A stretch of 64,000 nt of DNA from Escherichia coli (lineage in GTDB: Bacteria; Pseudomonadota; Gammaproteobacteria; Enterobacterales; Enterobacteriaceae), in NCBI RefSeq assembly GCF_003790525.1, contig NZ_CP033635.1; one strand, 5' to 3'. The notes under the pieces are model-generated. The model saw only the letters and a program-made list of their open reading frames with translations, had not been told where the DNA came from and ran no database searches. The translations under genes and the position numbers were made by a program. Within the stretch, counting starts at the first letter, position 1. Each line of letters opens with the position of its first letter. Below are positions 10,024-26,017 of the stretch, piece by piece.

Positions 10024-10236
10024 ATGCTTAAGGAAATTGACGTGTGGTCACATTCGGCTTTGAGAAAAAACGGTATCGAGAATTATTCTGTGGAGAGGAT
10101 CGCAAACAAATTAAAATCAGAAAGAACAGCAGCCAATTATTCAGATGATGTCCGGAAACTTTTTATATTGCATGAGCGCGTTTGCCCAAAGCAGGTTGTT
10201 AAAAGGTGGGGATATAGAAATGGACCCGGCGACTGA
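10024..10236 (+). CDS. Hypothetical small protein (70 aa), possibly a gene remnant
   Basis: ATG-initiated ORF (MLKEIDVWSHSALRKNGIENYSVERIANK...) divergent from the transporter operon and followed by a hairpin plus T-run. No clear RBS and no family recognised. Confidence 0.2.
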   Translation: MLKEIDVWSHSALRKNGIENYSVERIANKLKSERTAANYSDDVRKLFILHERVCPKQVVKRWGYRNGPGD

Positions 10237-10252
10237 ACGCCGCCGGGTTTTT
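10224..10252. terminator. Hairpin terminator at the ppsA 3' end (possibly bidirectional)
   Basis: Stem cccggcg/cgccggg followed by tttttattt, located immediately 3' of the ppsA stop. Confidence 0.45.
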
Positions 10253-10254
10253 AT

Positions 10255-12633
10255 TTACTTGTTAAGTTCAGCCAGACTTAACCAGGTTTGCACCACGGTG
10301 TCCGGGTTAAGAGACAGGCTATCGATCCCCTCTTCCATCAACCATGCAGCAAAGTCTTCGTGGTCGGATGGACCCTGACCGCAAATCCCGACATATTTGC
10401 CCTGTTTCTTCGCGGCACGAATCGCCATCGACAGCAGTGCTTTCACCGCATCGTTGCGCTCATCGAACAGTTCAGATACCACGCCGGAGTCACGATCCAG
10501 ACCGAGCGCCAGCTGCGTCATGTCGTTTGAGCCAATTGAGAAGCCGTCGAAATATTCGAGGAACTGCTCGGCCAGCAAGGCGTTGGACGGGATTTCACAC
10601 ATCATGATGATTTTCAGCCCGTTCTCACCACGTTTCAGCCCCTGACGCGCCAGTTCCTCAACCACCGCTTTCGCCTGATCTACGGTACGCACGAACGGGA
10701 TCATGATCTCAACGTTGGTCAGCCCCATGTCGTTGCGCACACGTTTCACTGCTTCACACTCCAGCGCGAAGCAGTCGCGGAAGCTGTCGGAAACATAGCG
10801 GCCCGCGCCACGGAAGCCGAGCATCGGGTTCTCTTCATCTGGCTCGTAACGCTCACCACCGACCAGGTTGGCATATTCGTTCGATTTAAAATCAGAGAGA
10901 CGGACAATGACGCGCTTCGGATAAAACGCGGCACCCAGCGTCGCGATCCCTTCAGTCAGACGACCAACGTAAAATTCACGCGGAGAATCAAAACCTTTCA
11001 TCATCTCGCGGATTTCGTTTTGCAACTGCGGTTCTTGATCGTCAAACTCAAGCAGCGCGCGTGGGTGGACGCCAATCATACGGTTGATGATAAATTCCAG
11101 ACGCGCAAGGCCCACGCCTTCGTTCGGCAGGCAGGCGAAGTCGAAAGCACGATCCGGGTTACCGACGTTCATCATCACCTTCAACGGCAGGTCCGGCATC
11201 GTTTCTACGCTGGAGCTTTTCACGCTAAATTCCAGCAACTCCGCATAGACATAACCGGTATCACCTTCGGCACAAGAAACAGTGACGTTCTCACCGTCTT
11301 TCATCCGTTCTGTTGCATCACCACAGCCCACTACCGCCGGAATGCCGAGTTCACGAGCGATGATCGCCGCGTGACAGGTACGACCGCCACGGTTGGTGAC
11401 GATGGCAGATGCTTTCTTCATGATCGGTTCCCAGTCCGGGTCGGTCATGTCAGTAACCAGCACGTCACCAGGTTCGATGCGGTTCATTTCGCTGATGTCA
11501 TGGATGACTTTCACCGGACCCGCGCCGATGCGATGACCGATAGCACGGCCTTCGGCGATAATCTTACCCTGTGAATGCAGCGTATAACGCTCCATGACCT
11601 GACCGCGTGAGCGCACGGTTTCCGGACGCGCCTGCACAATGAACAGTTTGCCGGTGTGGCCATCTTTCGCCCACTCAATATCCATCGGGCGACCGTAGTG
11701 TTTCTCAATTTGTACGGCCTGTTTTGCCAGTTCCTGCACTTCTTCGTTGGTCAGCGAGAAGATGTCACGCTGTTCCTGCGGTACGTCTTCGATTTTAACC
11801 TGCTTGCCGTGCTCCTGGGTCGGCGCGTAAACCATGCGGATTTTTTTCGACCCCATGGTGCGGCGCACGATAGCCGGGCGATTCGCCGCCAGTGTCGGTT
11901 TGTGCACGTAAAACTCATCCGGGTTAACCGCACCCTGCACGACCATTTCACCAAGGCCCCATGCGGAAGTGATAAACACCACCTGGTCAAAGCCGGATTC
12001 GGTATCAATGGAGAACATCACGCCAGAAGATGCGAGGTCGGAGCGCACCATCCGCTGAACACCGGCGGAGAGCGCCACGCCACGGTGATCGTAACCCTGG
12101 TGCACACGATAAGAGATGGCGCGATCGTTAAACAGAGAAGCAAATACATGTTTCACTGCCACGAGAACGGCGTCAAAACCCTGAACGTTGAGGAAGGTTT
12201 CCTGCTGACCGGCAAAAGAAGCGTCCGGCATATCTTCTGCAGTAGCGGAGGAACGCACCGCAAACGAGGCGTTTTCGTCATCGGCGGAAAGCTGTGCATA
12301 GGCTTCGCGGATGGCGTTTTCCAGCTCAGGCTGGAAGGGAGTGTCGATAATCCACTGGCGGATTTGCGCGCCCGCTTTCGCAAGCTGGGTAACATCGTCA
12401 ATATCCGTTTTATCCAGCAGTTCATAAATGCGCTGGTTTACGCCGCTTTGGTCCAGAAACTGGTTAAACGCGTCGGCGGTTGTGGCGAAACCATTCGGAA
12501 CGGAAACACCCATTCCGGAAAGGTTAGTAATCATTTCACCCAGGGAGGCATTTTTGCCCCCAACCCTGTCTACATCATTCATGCCGAGTTGGTTATACCA
12601 AAGCACCAGCGGTGACGAGCCATTGTTGGACAT
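10255..12633 (-). CDS. ppsA: Phosphoenolpyruvate synthase
   Basis: 792-aa ORF ([34 protein letters not shown]...) with PEP-utilising enzyme domains; length matches E. coli PpsA. Confidence 0.97.
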   Translation of the reverse strand: MSNNGSSPLVLWYNQLGMNDVDRVGGKNASLGEMITNLSGMGVSVPNGFATTADAFNQFLDQSGVNQRIYELLDKTDIDDVTQLAKAGAQIRQWIIDTPFQPELENAIREAYAQLSADDENASFAVRSSATAEDMPDASFAGQQETFLNVQGFDAVLVAVKHVFASLFNDRAISYRVHQGYDHRGVALSAGVQRMVRSDLASSGVMFSIDTESGFDQVVFITSAWGLGEMVVQGAVNPDEFYVHKPTLAANRPAIVRRTMGSKKIRMVYAPTQEHGKQVKIEDVPQEQRDIFSLTNEEVQELAKQAVQIEKHYGRPMDIEWAKDGHTGKLFIVQARPETVRSRGQVMERYTLHSQGKIIAEGRAIGHRIGAGPVKVIHDISEMNRIEPGDVLVTDMTDPDWEPIMKKASAIVTNRGGRTCHAAIIARELGIPAVVGCGDATERMKDGENVTVSCAEGDTGYVYAELLEFSVKSSSVETMPDLPLKVMMNVGNPDRAFDFACLPNEGVGLARLEFIINRMIGVHPRALLEFDDQEPQLQNEIREMMKGFDSPREFYVGRLTEGIATLGAAFYPKRVIVRLSDFKSNEYANLVGGERYEPDEENPMLGFRGAGRYVSDSFRDCFALECEAVKRVRNDMGLTNVEIMIPFVRTVDQAKAVVEELARQGLKRGENGLKIIMMCEIPSNALLAEQFLEYFDGFSIGSNDMTQLALGLDRDSGVVSELFDERNDAVKALLSMAIRAAKKQGKYVGICGQGPSDHEDFAAWLMEEGIDSLSLNPDTVVQTWLSLAELNK

Positions 12634-12721
12634 CGAACAATCCTTTTGTGATAAATGAACGGTTTGAGAAACACATTTCTGCGCATTTATCTTTGCATAT
12701 TTAACCGGATGAAAAAAACGG

Positions 12722-12737
12722 TGAATCGTTCAAGCAA
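12722..12737. promoter_or_regulatory. Candidate Cra (FruR) binding site in the ppsA promoter region
   Basis: tgaatcgttcaagc resembles the Cra half-palindrome consensus, about 90 bp upstream of the ppsA start. ppsA is a known Cra-activated gene. Confidence 0.35.
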
Positions 12738-12964
12738 ATATATTTTTTTACTTTTTAAGACTGATCCCAGCGTTGCGCAAATCTGCTCTCTTCGACAATT
12801 TCCACATAAACCATCGGTATAAACGAAACCATAAAAATGAAATGCTGTTTTCATAAAAAATAAAATTGAAGGTTCATTTATAAACCAGACATAACGTTCT
12901 ACGCTTCTGTGCGTTTTTAATTTATGCTTTCATAGAATTATGTCTGCATCACGGGAAGAACAAA

Positions 12965-13798
12965 ATGGATAATGCTGTTGATCGCCACGTTTTTTATATT
13001 TCTGATGGTACGGCAATAACTGCGGAGGTATTAGGACACGCAGTAATGTCACAATTTCCCGTCACTATCAGCAGCATTACGCTGCCGTTTGTCGAAAATG
13101 AGAGCCGTGCACGGGCAGTGAAGGATCAGATTGACGCAATTTATCACCAGACAGGCGTGCGCCCGCTGGTCTTCTACTCCATCGTGTTGCCGGAGATTCG
13201 CGCCATCATCTTGCAAAGTGAGGGCTTTTGCCAGGATATCGTTCAGGCGCTGGTTGCCCCGCTACAACAAGAGATGAAACTGGATCCCACGCCGATTGCT
13301 CATCGTACCCATGGCCTGAACCCTAATAACCTCAATAAATATGATGCGCGTATTGCGGCGATTGATTACACCCTTGCCCATGACGACGGCATTTCGTTGC
13401 GCAATCTGGACCAGGCTCAGGTGATCCTGCTCGGTGTTTCTCGCTGTGGTAAAACCCCCACCAGTCTGTATCTGGCAATGCAATTTGGTATCCGCGCGGC
13501 AAACTACCCCTTTATTGCCGACGATATGGATAATCTGGTGCTACCCGCGTCGCTCAAACCGCTTCAGCACAAATTGTTCGGCCTGACTATCGACCCGGAA
13601 CGTCTGGCGGCGATTCGCGAGGAACGTCGGGAGAACAGTCGCTATGCCTCGCTTCGTCAGTGCAGGATGGAAGTCGCGGAAGTGGAAGCGTTGTACCGTA
13701 AAAATCAGATCCCGTGGATTAACAGTACCAATTATTCGGTAGAAGAGATTGCCACCAAGATCCTCGATATCATGGGCCTTAGCCGTCGAATGTACTAG
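12965..13798 (+). CDS. ppsR: PEP synthase regulatory protein (bifunctional kinase/pyrophosphorylase)
   Basis: 277-aa ORF ([27 protein letters not shown]...) of the DUF299/PSRP family, divergent from ppsA. Confidence 0.93.
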
Positions 13799-13812
13799 AG
13801 AACTAGTGCATT
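13792..13812. promoter_or_regulatory. TrpR operator of the aroH promoter
   Basis: Near-palindrome gtactagagaactagtgc matches the Trp repressor operator consensus and lies upstream of aroH. Confidence 0.6.
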
Positions 13813-13954
13813 AACTTATTTTTTTGTTATCATGCTAACCACCCGGCGAGGTGTGACACACCTCGCACTTGAAATCAGCTGCGATTGGTTTATCGTGATG
13901 CGCATCACTTCCCGGTAGTCCTGCCGTAGAAGCAACAAATTTCTGAGACTTGTA

Positions 13955-15001
13955 ATGAACAGAACTGACGAACTCCGTACTGCGCGTATTGAGAGCCTGG
14001 TAACGCCCGCCGAACTCGCGCTACGGTATCCCGTAACGCCTGGCGTCGCCACCCATGTCACCGACTCCCGCCGCAGAATTGAAAAAATACTGAATGGTGA
14101 AGATAAGCGACTGTTGGTCATTATTGGCCCCTGCTCGATCCACGATCTCACCGCTGCAATGGAGTACGCCACCCGTCTGCAGTCGCTGCGCAACCAGTAC
14201 CAGTCACGGCTGGAAATCGTAATGCGCACCTATTTTGAAAAACCACGAACTGTTGTCGGCTGGAAAGGACTCATCTCCGATCCAGATTTAAACGGTAGCT
14301 ATCGGGTAAATCACGGTCTGGAGCTGGCGCGCAAATTACTTTTACAGGTAAATGAGCTGGGCGTCCCTACCGCGACTGAGTTCCTCGATATGGTGACCGG
14401 TCAGTTTATTGCTGATTTAATCAGTTGGGGCGCGATTGGCGCTCGTACTACCGAAAGTCAGATCCACCGCGAAATGGCTTCAGCACTCTCCTGTCCGGTA
14501 GGTTTTAAAAATGGTACCGATGGCAACACGCGGATTGCCGTGGATGCTATCCGCGCAGCCCGCGCCAGCCATATGTTCCTCTCACCAGACAAAAACGGTC
14601 AGATGACCATCTATCAGACCAGTGGCAACCCGTATGGCCATATTATTATGCGTGGCGGCAAAAAACCGAATTACCATGCCGATGATATCGCCGCAGCCTG
14701 CGATACGCTGCACGAGTTTGATTTACCTGAACATCTGGTGGTGGATTTCAGCCACGGTAACTGCCAGAAGCAGCACCGTCGCCAGTTAGAAGTTTGTGAG
14801 GATATTTGTCAGCAAATCCGCAATGGCTCTACGGCGATTGCTGGAATTATGGCGGAAAGTTTCCTGCGCGAAGGAACGCAAAAAATCGTCGGCGGTCAGC
14901 CGCTCACTTACGGTCAATCGATTACCGACCCGTGTCTGGGCTGGGAAGATACCGAACGCCTGGTCGAAAAACTCGCCTCTGCGGTTGATACCCGCTTCTG
15001 A
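13955..15001 (+). CDS. aroH: 3-deoxy-D-arabino-heptulosonate-7-phosphate synthase, Trp-sensitive
   Basis: 348-aa ORF (MNRTDELRTARIESLVTPAELA...) of class I DAHP synthase; length and context match AroH. Confidence 0.95.
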   Translation: MNRTDELRTARIESLVTPAELALRYPVTPGVATHVTDSRRRIEKILNGEDKRLLVIIGPCSIHDLTAAMEYATRLQSLRNQYQSRLEIVMRTYFEKPRTVVGWKGLISDPDLNGSYRVNHGLELARKLLLQVNELGVPTATEFLDMVTGQFIADLISWGAIGARTTESQIHREMASALSCPVGFKNGTDGNTRIAVDAIRAARASHMFLSPDKNGQMTIYQTSGNPYGHIIMRGGKKPNYHADDIAAACDTLHEFDLPEHLVVDFSHGNCQKQHRRQLEVCEDICQQIRNGSTAIAGIMAESFLREGTQKIVGGQPLTYGQSITDPCLGWEDTERLVEKLASAVDTRF

Positions 15002-15007
15002 ATGCGT

Positions 15008-15036
15008 GCCCATTCCTGACGGAATGGGCATTTCTG
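15008..15036 (+). terminator. aroH terminator hairpin
   Basis: Stem gcccattcc/ggaatgggc with loop tgac, followed by atttctg. Confidence 0.5.
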
Positions 15037-15091
15037 CGCAACTTGTTGTCTTCTCAACACATTACTGCTTGCTCTGGCCCGCCAGAATATT

Positions 15092-15115
15092 GATAATAAG
15101 AATCATTGTTATATC
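15092..15115. promoter_or_regulatory. Fur box upstream of ydiE
   Basis: gataataagaatcattgttatatc is close to the Fur consensus gataatgataatcattatc, just upstream of the hemP-like ydiE. Confidence 0.5.
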
Positions 15116-15132
15116 AATTATTATTAATTTTT

Positions 15133-15324
15133 ATGCGTTATACGGATAGCAGAAAATTCACGCCTGAAACGGATGCCAATCACAAGACCGCTTCCCCGCA
15201 GCCCATTCGGCGAATTACCAGCCAGACACTGTTAGGTCCGGATGGCAAACTGATTATCGATCATGACGGGCAAGAATATCTGCTCCGTAAAACTCAGGCT
15301 GGCAAGCTGCTGTTGACCAAGTAG
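15133..15324 (+). CDS. ydiE: HemP-like hemin uptake small protein
   Basis: Track ORF 15106..15324 trimmed to [23 protein letters not shown]..., 63 aa. Confidence 0.8.
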   Translation: MRYTDSRKFTPETDANHKTASPQPIRRITSQTLLGPDGKLIIDHDGQEYLLRKTQAGKLLLTK

Positions 15325-15327
15325 CCT

Positions 15328-16803
<1,476 letters not shown>

Positions 16804-16826
16804 TTAAACACCAGCAAACAGGAGGG

Positions 16827-17540
16827 TTATCGCTGAACCAACGTCGTTATCTGATTTACAGGAACGGCAGGCCACAGGCATCCCTGGAGAGCATGGAAAT
16901 CAAAGGGGGTAATCTGTGCCATTATTTCTGGCGTATCAATGCCCCCCGCGATGATGCAATTGCAACATGGGGAAATTTGCGCCTGGATCGCACGAATAAA
17001 CGGTTCGAAGGAGCGATGCGTGATTTGTTGCTGAATAAAACTTTTATCCAGCATGACGCGGGTGAAAAGACCATCAAAAACCGCTTTCATTGTGCTATTG
17101 CCTGCGCCCAAATTACCTAACACAAGGGGATACATTTGCGATAAGGAAAAAAGATCGCGATTATCTTTTCCTTCATCGAGATGCGGGTAATTCTCATTAA
17201 TCAACAGTTCAATAAACGGATATTTTAATAGTTCGCCCGCGTAATTATCCCTGTCTAATAATAAAGTAGCCACTTGTGGGGTTAAATTAAGCCAGGCAAA
17301 GAGTTTATGTTGAATAAAAAAGTGTTGGCATGATTTTAGCAATTCCAACTGCTCAGAAAATAATTGCCAATGTTGCTCCTCGGTAAGTTGCGCTATAACC
17401 CGACTCGTCGGTATACGAACCGTACCATCTTCACTGGAGAAATGGGTAATTAACTCAACGCCGACAAGGTCTTGCTGGTTATCTCTTATCGGCAGGAAAT
17501 AGCAATCAGAATGATAAAGATTCTCCAAAAAAATCTTCAT
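16827..17540 (-). CDS. ydiV: Anti-FlhD4C2 factor, degenerate EAL-domain protein
   Basis: 237-aa ORF (MKIFLENLYHSDCYFLPIRDNQQDLVGVELITHF...); AT-rich gene matching YdiV. Confidence 0.9.
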   Translation of the reverse strand: MKIFLENLYHSDCYFLPIRDNQQDLVGVELITHFSSEDGTVRIPTSRVIAQLTEEQHWQLFSEQLELLKSCQHFFIQHKLFAWLNLTPQVATLLLDRDNYAGELLKYPFIELLINENYPHLDEGKDNRDLFSLSQMYPLVLGNLGAGNSTMKAVFDGLFTRVMLDKSFIQQQITHRSFEPFIRAIQAQISPCCNCIIAGGIDTPEIMAQITPFDFHALQGCLWPAVPVNQITTLVQR

Positions 17541-17786
17541 GGTAACCGTCCCTCTCGAAGGATGTTTTTCAGTATCCGGCTAAAAGGGATGAGGCCATAA
17601 GACATAACAATTACAGAAGGAGTAACTTTCATTTGTTCCATGTTAACCACTTTTTCAGGGGTCCTTTTATTAGATTATCCTGATTATAAACGAATAATCC
17701 ATTTACGGAATTTTTGTCTGTAAAATACTACTGTATTCAGGAGTAAATGGACGGAGATGTATCATCGCCGTCCATTTTTCGACATA

Positions 17787-18251
17787 CTAGATTCGTCTCG
17801 CCTGCCAGAAATTTTTCTGCCAATAAACATTATCGAGTGAGGAACGCATCACTCCCTTGCTGGTAGAGGCGTGGATAAATTGGTTGTTGGTATCGTAAAT
17901 ACCTACATGCAAACCATTTTGTCCGGAGCCCGTTTTGAAAAAGACCAGGTCACCAGGCAGCAACTCGTCTTTATCAATTTGCGTGCCGATAGAGGCTTGT
18001 TCTTTGGTTTCTCGGGGCAGCTGCAAATCGAAACGATCGCGCATCGTCACAACCACAAACCCCGAACAGTCCACACCGCGCCGCGTCATGCCACCATAAC
18101 GATACGGCGTGCCATGCCAGCTCTGTAGCTGGTCGTTCAAACCGGCAATAACGGTAATCGAATCAGAAAGTCTGGCATTTGGCGGCGGTGCTTTATGGTG
18201 GCTACACCCGGCCAGAAACAGTGCTGTGATCAAAATAAGGCAGAAACGCAT
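17787..18251 (-). CDS. nlpC: NlpC/P60-family lipoprotein peptidase
   Basis: 154-aa ORF with signal peptide and lipobox (LFLAGCSH) and an NlpC/P60 domain containing a catalytic Cys (DCSGFV). Confidence 0.9.
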   Translation of the reverse strand: MRFCLILITALFLAGCSHHKAPPPNARLSDSITVIAGLNDQLQSWHGTPYRYGGMTRRGVDCSGFVVVTMRDRFDLQLPRETKEQASIGTQIDKDELLPGDLVFFKTGSGQNGLHVGIYDTNNQFIHASTSKGVMRSSLDNVYWQKNFWQARRI

Positions 18252-18328
18252 TCCGTACGGTTCCTCTGTTTTTTATTCTTGCATTAATTTAGCGTCGTAA
18301 TTACCCGATTTTCAAGATACTAATGAAA

Positions 18329-19078
18329 TCAGATGGTCGAAATCAGCATTCTGTGACCTTCGATATCCAGACGGCGAAAATTCATCCCATAGGCCTGCGC
18401 CAGATTTGGCGGCGTGAGCACCTCTTCCCTGCGTCCACTGGCCAGCATTTTTCCACCTTTTAGCAACCACGCCCGATGCGCATGACGCAATGTATGGTTG
18501 AGATCGTGACTGCTCATCACAATCGCCAGTCCTTGCTGACACAGCGCGCTCAGAATTTTGTCTAACGCACTTTGTTGCGCAACATCAAGACTGTTCATAG
18601 GCTCATCAAGAAGTAGTAATTGGCCTGCGGGATTGGCTTGTGGTGTGATTTGCAGCACCACCGCAGCAAGACGTACGCGTTGCCATTCGCCGCCGGAAAG
18701 TTGATTGGTGCTACGTCCGAGTTTGTCATCAAGAGCCAGCGCCCCTGCGACATCATTCAGTAGTTCGGTACGCGTTTTATCGTGCTGATGCAGTGTCAGG
18801 TAGTGCCAGACCGGCATTGCAAACGGCGGCGTCTGCTGTTGTGAAAGATAGGCGCGATGCAGCGCGAGTTTTGTTGCGGACCATGCTTCCAGTGGTTGCC
18901 CCGCGAACTGAATGCTTCCCTTACCGCTGGTCATTCCGGCCATTCGTGCAAGCAAGGTACTCTTACCCGCGCCGTTCGGCCCCACCAGGTGCAGGATCTC
19001 CCCAGCCCGAACCTCGCCAGAAAGCGGCCCCAGGCGGGTAGATTCCGCAACATCCTGTAACTGCATCACAATAGACAT
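18329..19078 (-). CDS. btuD: Vitamin B12 ABC transporter ATP-binding protein
   Basis: 249-aa ORF with Walker A (GPNGAGKST) and ABC signature (LSGGEWQR). Confidence 0.95.
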
Positions 19079-19629
19079 TATTTTGCCAACGCCAGTTTAA
19101 TGCTTTCCATCACAATGGGATCTTCCGGCGTCATATCCGGGGAAAAACGCTGGATGACCAATCCGTCCCTGCCAACTAAAAATTTCTCAAAATTCCATAA
19201 AATATCATCAGGGTACAGCGGTGCACGACCTTTGCTGACCATACGGGCATAGAATCCGCTCTCTTCCGGCGCGACTGCGGTCGGCGCTGCGGCAATCAAT
19301 TTTTGATACAGCGGATGGCGTCCTTCGCCATTAACTTCAATCTTACTGAACATCGGGAACGTCACCCCCCATGTGGTGGTACAGTAAGTTTTAATCTCTT
19401 CATCGCTGCCCGGTTCTTGTTCCAGAAACTGGTTGCACGGGAATCCCAGCACCACAAAACCACGATCAGCCCAGGCTTTCTGAATATTCTCCAACTGCTC
19501 ATATTGCGGCGTTAAGCCACACTTTGAGGCGACATTGACAATCAACAGCACATTACCGGCGTACTTCTCCAGCGTGGTCACTTCACCGTCGATATCTTTC
19601 ACTACGGTCGTCAGAATGGAATCTTGCAT
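19078..19629 (-). CDS. btuE: Glutathione peroxidase-family thioredoxin/glutathione peroxidase
   Basis: 183-aa ORF ([44 protein letters not shown]...) with the GPx motif; sits between btuC and btuD. Confidence 0.93.
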
Positions 19630-19691
19630 CGTTTCTCCTGGGTGTGGTCAGTAAAAATCTTAGCTTTTAATCATAGACCGTCTTTTTGCGG

Positions 19692-20672
19692 CTAACGTCC
19701 TGCTTTTAACAATAACCAGATAAACACCGGCGCACCCAACGTTGCGGTGACCACGCCAATAGGCAGCTCTGCGGCAGCTAATGCCAGGCGCGCTACAATA
19801 TCGGCCAGCAGCAATGCGCTCGCCCCTGCCAGCGCGCAGCCGGGAAGTAATACGCGATGATCGGTTAAACCACACAGCCGGAGAATATGTGGGATCACCA
19901 GACCAATAAAGCCGATAGCACCCGCCAGCGCCACACTGACGCCAACCATCCAGCCGGTCGCTGCCACCAACACATTGCGCCAGAACCACAGGGGTAAACC
20001 CAGTTGCCGCGCCGAGATCTCGCCAAGTGCTAACATATTCATTGGCCTGGACTGACAACAGATCCACAACAACACGGGGATCAATGCCAGCATCAGCCAG
20101 CTTTGCCGCCAGTCTACGCCGCCAAAACCGCCCATCATCCAGTACATCAGCTGACGTAAATCAACAGAGGTGGAAAAGTAGATAGCCCACGTCATTAGTG
20201 CGCTACAGATAATCCCTAATGCAACGCCAGCCAGCAATAACCGACTGGTCGAAAGATGACGACGGGCGAAACGTAAGAGTATTAAAGTGATGATAAGCGC
20301 GCCAGCAATCGCACACAGCCCTAGCGCCCAGTTGGGGAGTTGCCCTTGCCCAAGCAATACCGCGGCGATAAGCCCCACGCCTGCGCCGTTAGAGACGCCA
20401 AGTAGTCCAGGTTCTGCCAGAGGATTTTCGAACAACGCCTGCATTACAGCGCCGGATATAGCCAGCGCCGCACCAACCAGCAATACAGCCAGCGTACGTG
20501 GCAGGCGAATTTGCCAGACGAACAGTTCGCCACGAGGAGTAAACCAGTCACCTGGCGAGATCCATTGTTCACCGGCGCAAAGGCTTAAGAGAAGCGCCAG
20601 CAGCATCAAAACTGACAGGCATAATAACCAGCGAATATTTTGTCGCTGTTGTTGGCGGGCAAGTGTCAGCAT
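19692..20672 (-). CDS. btuC: Vitamin B12 ABC transporter permease
   Basis: 326-aa polytopic ORF of the FecCD permease family. Confidence 0.95.
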   Translation of the reverse strand: MLTLARQQQRQNIRWLLCLSVLMLLALLLSLCAGEQWISPGDWFTPRGELFVWQIRLPRTLAVLLVGAALAISGAVMQALFENPLAEPGLLGVSNGAGVGLIAAVLLGQGQLPNWALGLCAIAGALIITLILLRFARRHLSTSRLLLAGVALGIICSALMTWAIYFSTSVDLRQLMYWMMGGFGGVDWRQSWLMLALIPVLLWICCQSRPMNMLALGEISARQLGLPLWFWRNVLVAATGWMVGVSVALAGAIGFIGLVIPHILRLCGLTDHRVLLPGCALAGASALLLADIVARLALAAAELPIGVVTATLGAPVFIWLLLKAGR

Positions 20673-20732
20673 GGTATCCGTTCTGCTGAAGTGTCATGGC
20701 GTTGATTTTACGGTGACTCTTCGACAGTGAAA

Positions 20733-20761
20733 AGAAAAAAGGCCGCAGAGCGGCCTTTTTA
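20733..20761 (-). terminator. ihfA rho-independent terminator (bidirectional hairpin)
   Basis: aaaaaaggccgc-aga-gcggccttttt: GC stem flanked by A and T runs, 12 bp after the ihfA stop. Confidence 0.6.
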
Positions 20762-20772
20762 GTTAGATCAGA

Positions 20773-21072
20773 TTACTCGTCTTTGGGCGAAGCGTTTTCG
20801 ACCCGGCTTTTTAACTTCTGCCCGGGTCTGAAGGTCACCACGCGCCGTGCTGTAATGGGAATATCCTCGCCCGTTTTCGGGTTACGTCCCGGGCGTTGAT
20901 TCTTATCACGCAGATCGAAGTTACCAAAACCAGAGAGTTTCACCTGTTCGCCGTTTTCCAGAGCGCGACGGATCTCTTCGAAAAACAGTTCAACCAGTTC
21001 TTTGGCATCCCGCTTGCTAAGCCCAAGCTTATCAAACAGATATTCTGACATTTCAGCTTTTGTAAGCGCCAT
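20773..21072 (-). CDS. ihfA: Integration host factor alpha subunit
   Basis: 99-aa ORF ([52 protein letters not shown]...). Confidence 0.97.
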
Positions 21073-21076
21073 AGGT

Positions 21077-23467
<2,391 letters not shown>

Positions 23468-23478
23468 CTATTCCTGCC

Positions 23479-24504
<1,026 letters not shown>

Positions 24505-24526
24505 TTAATTTTTTCAAAACGCGCAT

Positions 24527-24553
24527 ACAAAAAAAGCCTCCACTGGGAGGCTT
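24527..24553 (-). terminator. pheST attenuator terminator
   Basis: On the minus strand, gcctccc-agtg-ggaggct followed by a T-run, between pheM and pheS. Confidence 0.65.
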
Positions 24554-24600
24554 TCAGGCGCTGTTTTCCGTTTCTCTTCTCACGCGCTAGCCTCCTGGAG

Positions 24601-24645
24601 TCAGGTGCTAAAGTAAAAAAAGAAGCGGAAAATAGCAGCATTCAT
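24601..24645 (-). CDS. pheM: pheST operon leader peptide
   Basis: The reverse complement reads atgaatgctgctattttccgcttctttttttactttagcacctga, i.e. [14 protein letters not shown], the Phe-rich attenuation leader. Confidence 0.8.
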
Positions 24646-24734
24646 TGCTTGCGTTACCTTTTGGTACTTTTCAAAAGACCTTTATTGAAAAGGCTACGGC
24701 GATAAAAGTCAATGTTTTGATGGCGTTGAAACGA

Positions 24735-24760
24735 AAAGAGGGAGACTAGCTCCCTCTTTC
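24735..24760 (-). terminator. rplT terminator hairpin
   Basis: agagggag-acta-gctccctct hairpin immediately 3' of the rplT stop on the minus strand. Confidence 0.5.
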
Positions 24761-24767
24761 AACTGGC

Positions 24768-25151
<384 letters not shown>

Positions 25152-25177
25152 TTAAAAAGTTAAAAAACGTTAACGGC

Positions 25178-25399
<222 letters not shown>

Positions 25400-25471
25400 T
25401 TAATAAACGAAACAAAGGCGAACAAAGCCTGTGAAGCCCGAAGGCTCCACAGACATTGCTACTTGAAGGCC

Positions 25472-26017
<546 letters not shown>

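Noticed and set aside
11656-12615. 319-aa ORF antisense to ppsA, and similar long antisense ORFs inside pheT (21890..22441, 22478..22957), pheS (23635..24330), rpmI/infC (25127..25858), thrS (26861..27355), pfkB (31812..32462, 32260..32748) and yniA (33468..33959)
   Set aside because: They lie entirely within well-supported genes on the opposite strand, and their translations are low-complexity and rich in R, C, H and W with no recognisable domains. They are typical shadow ORFs.
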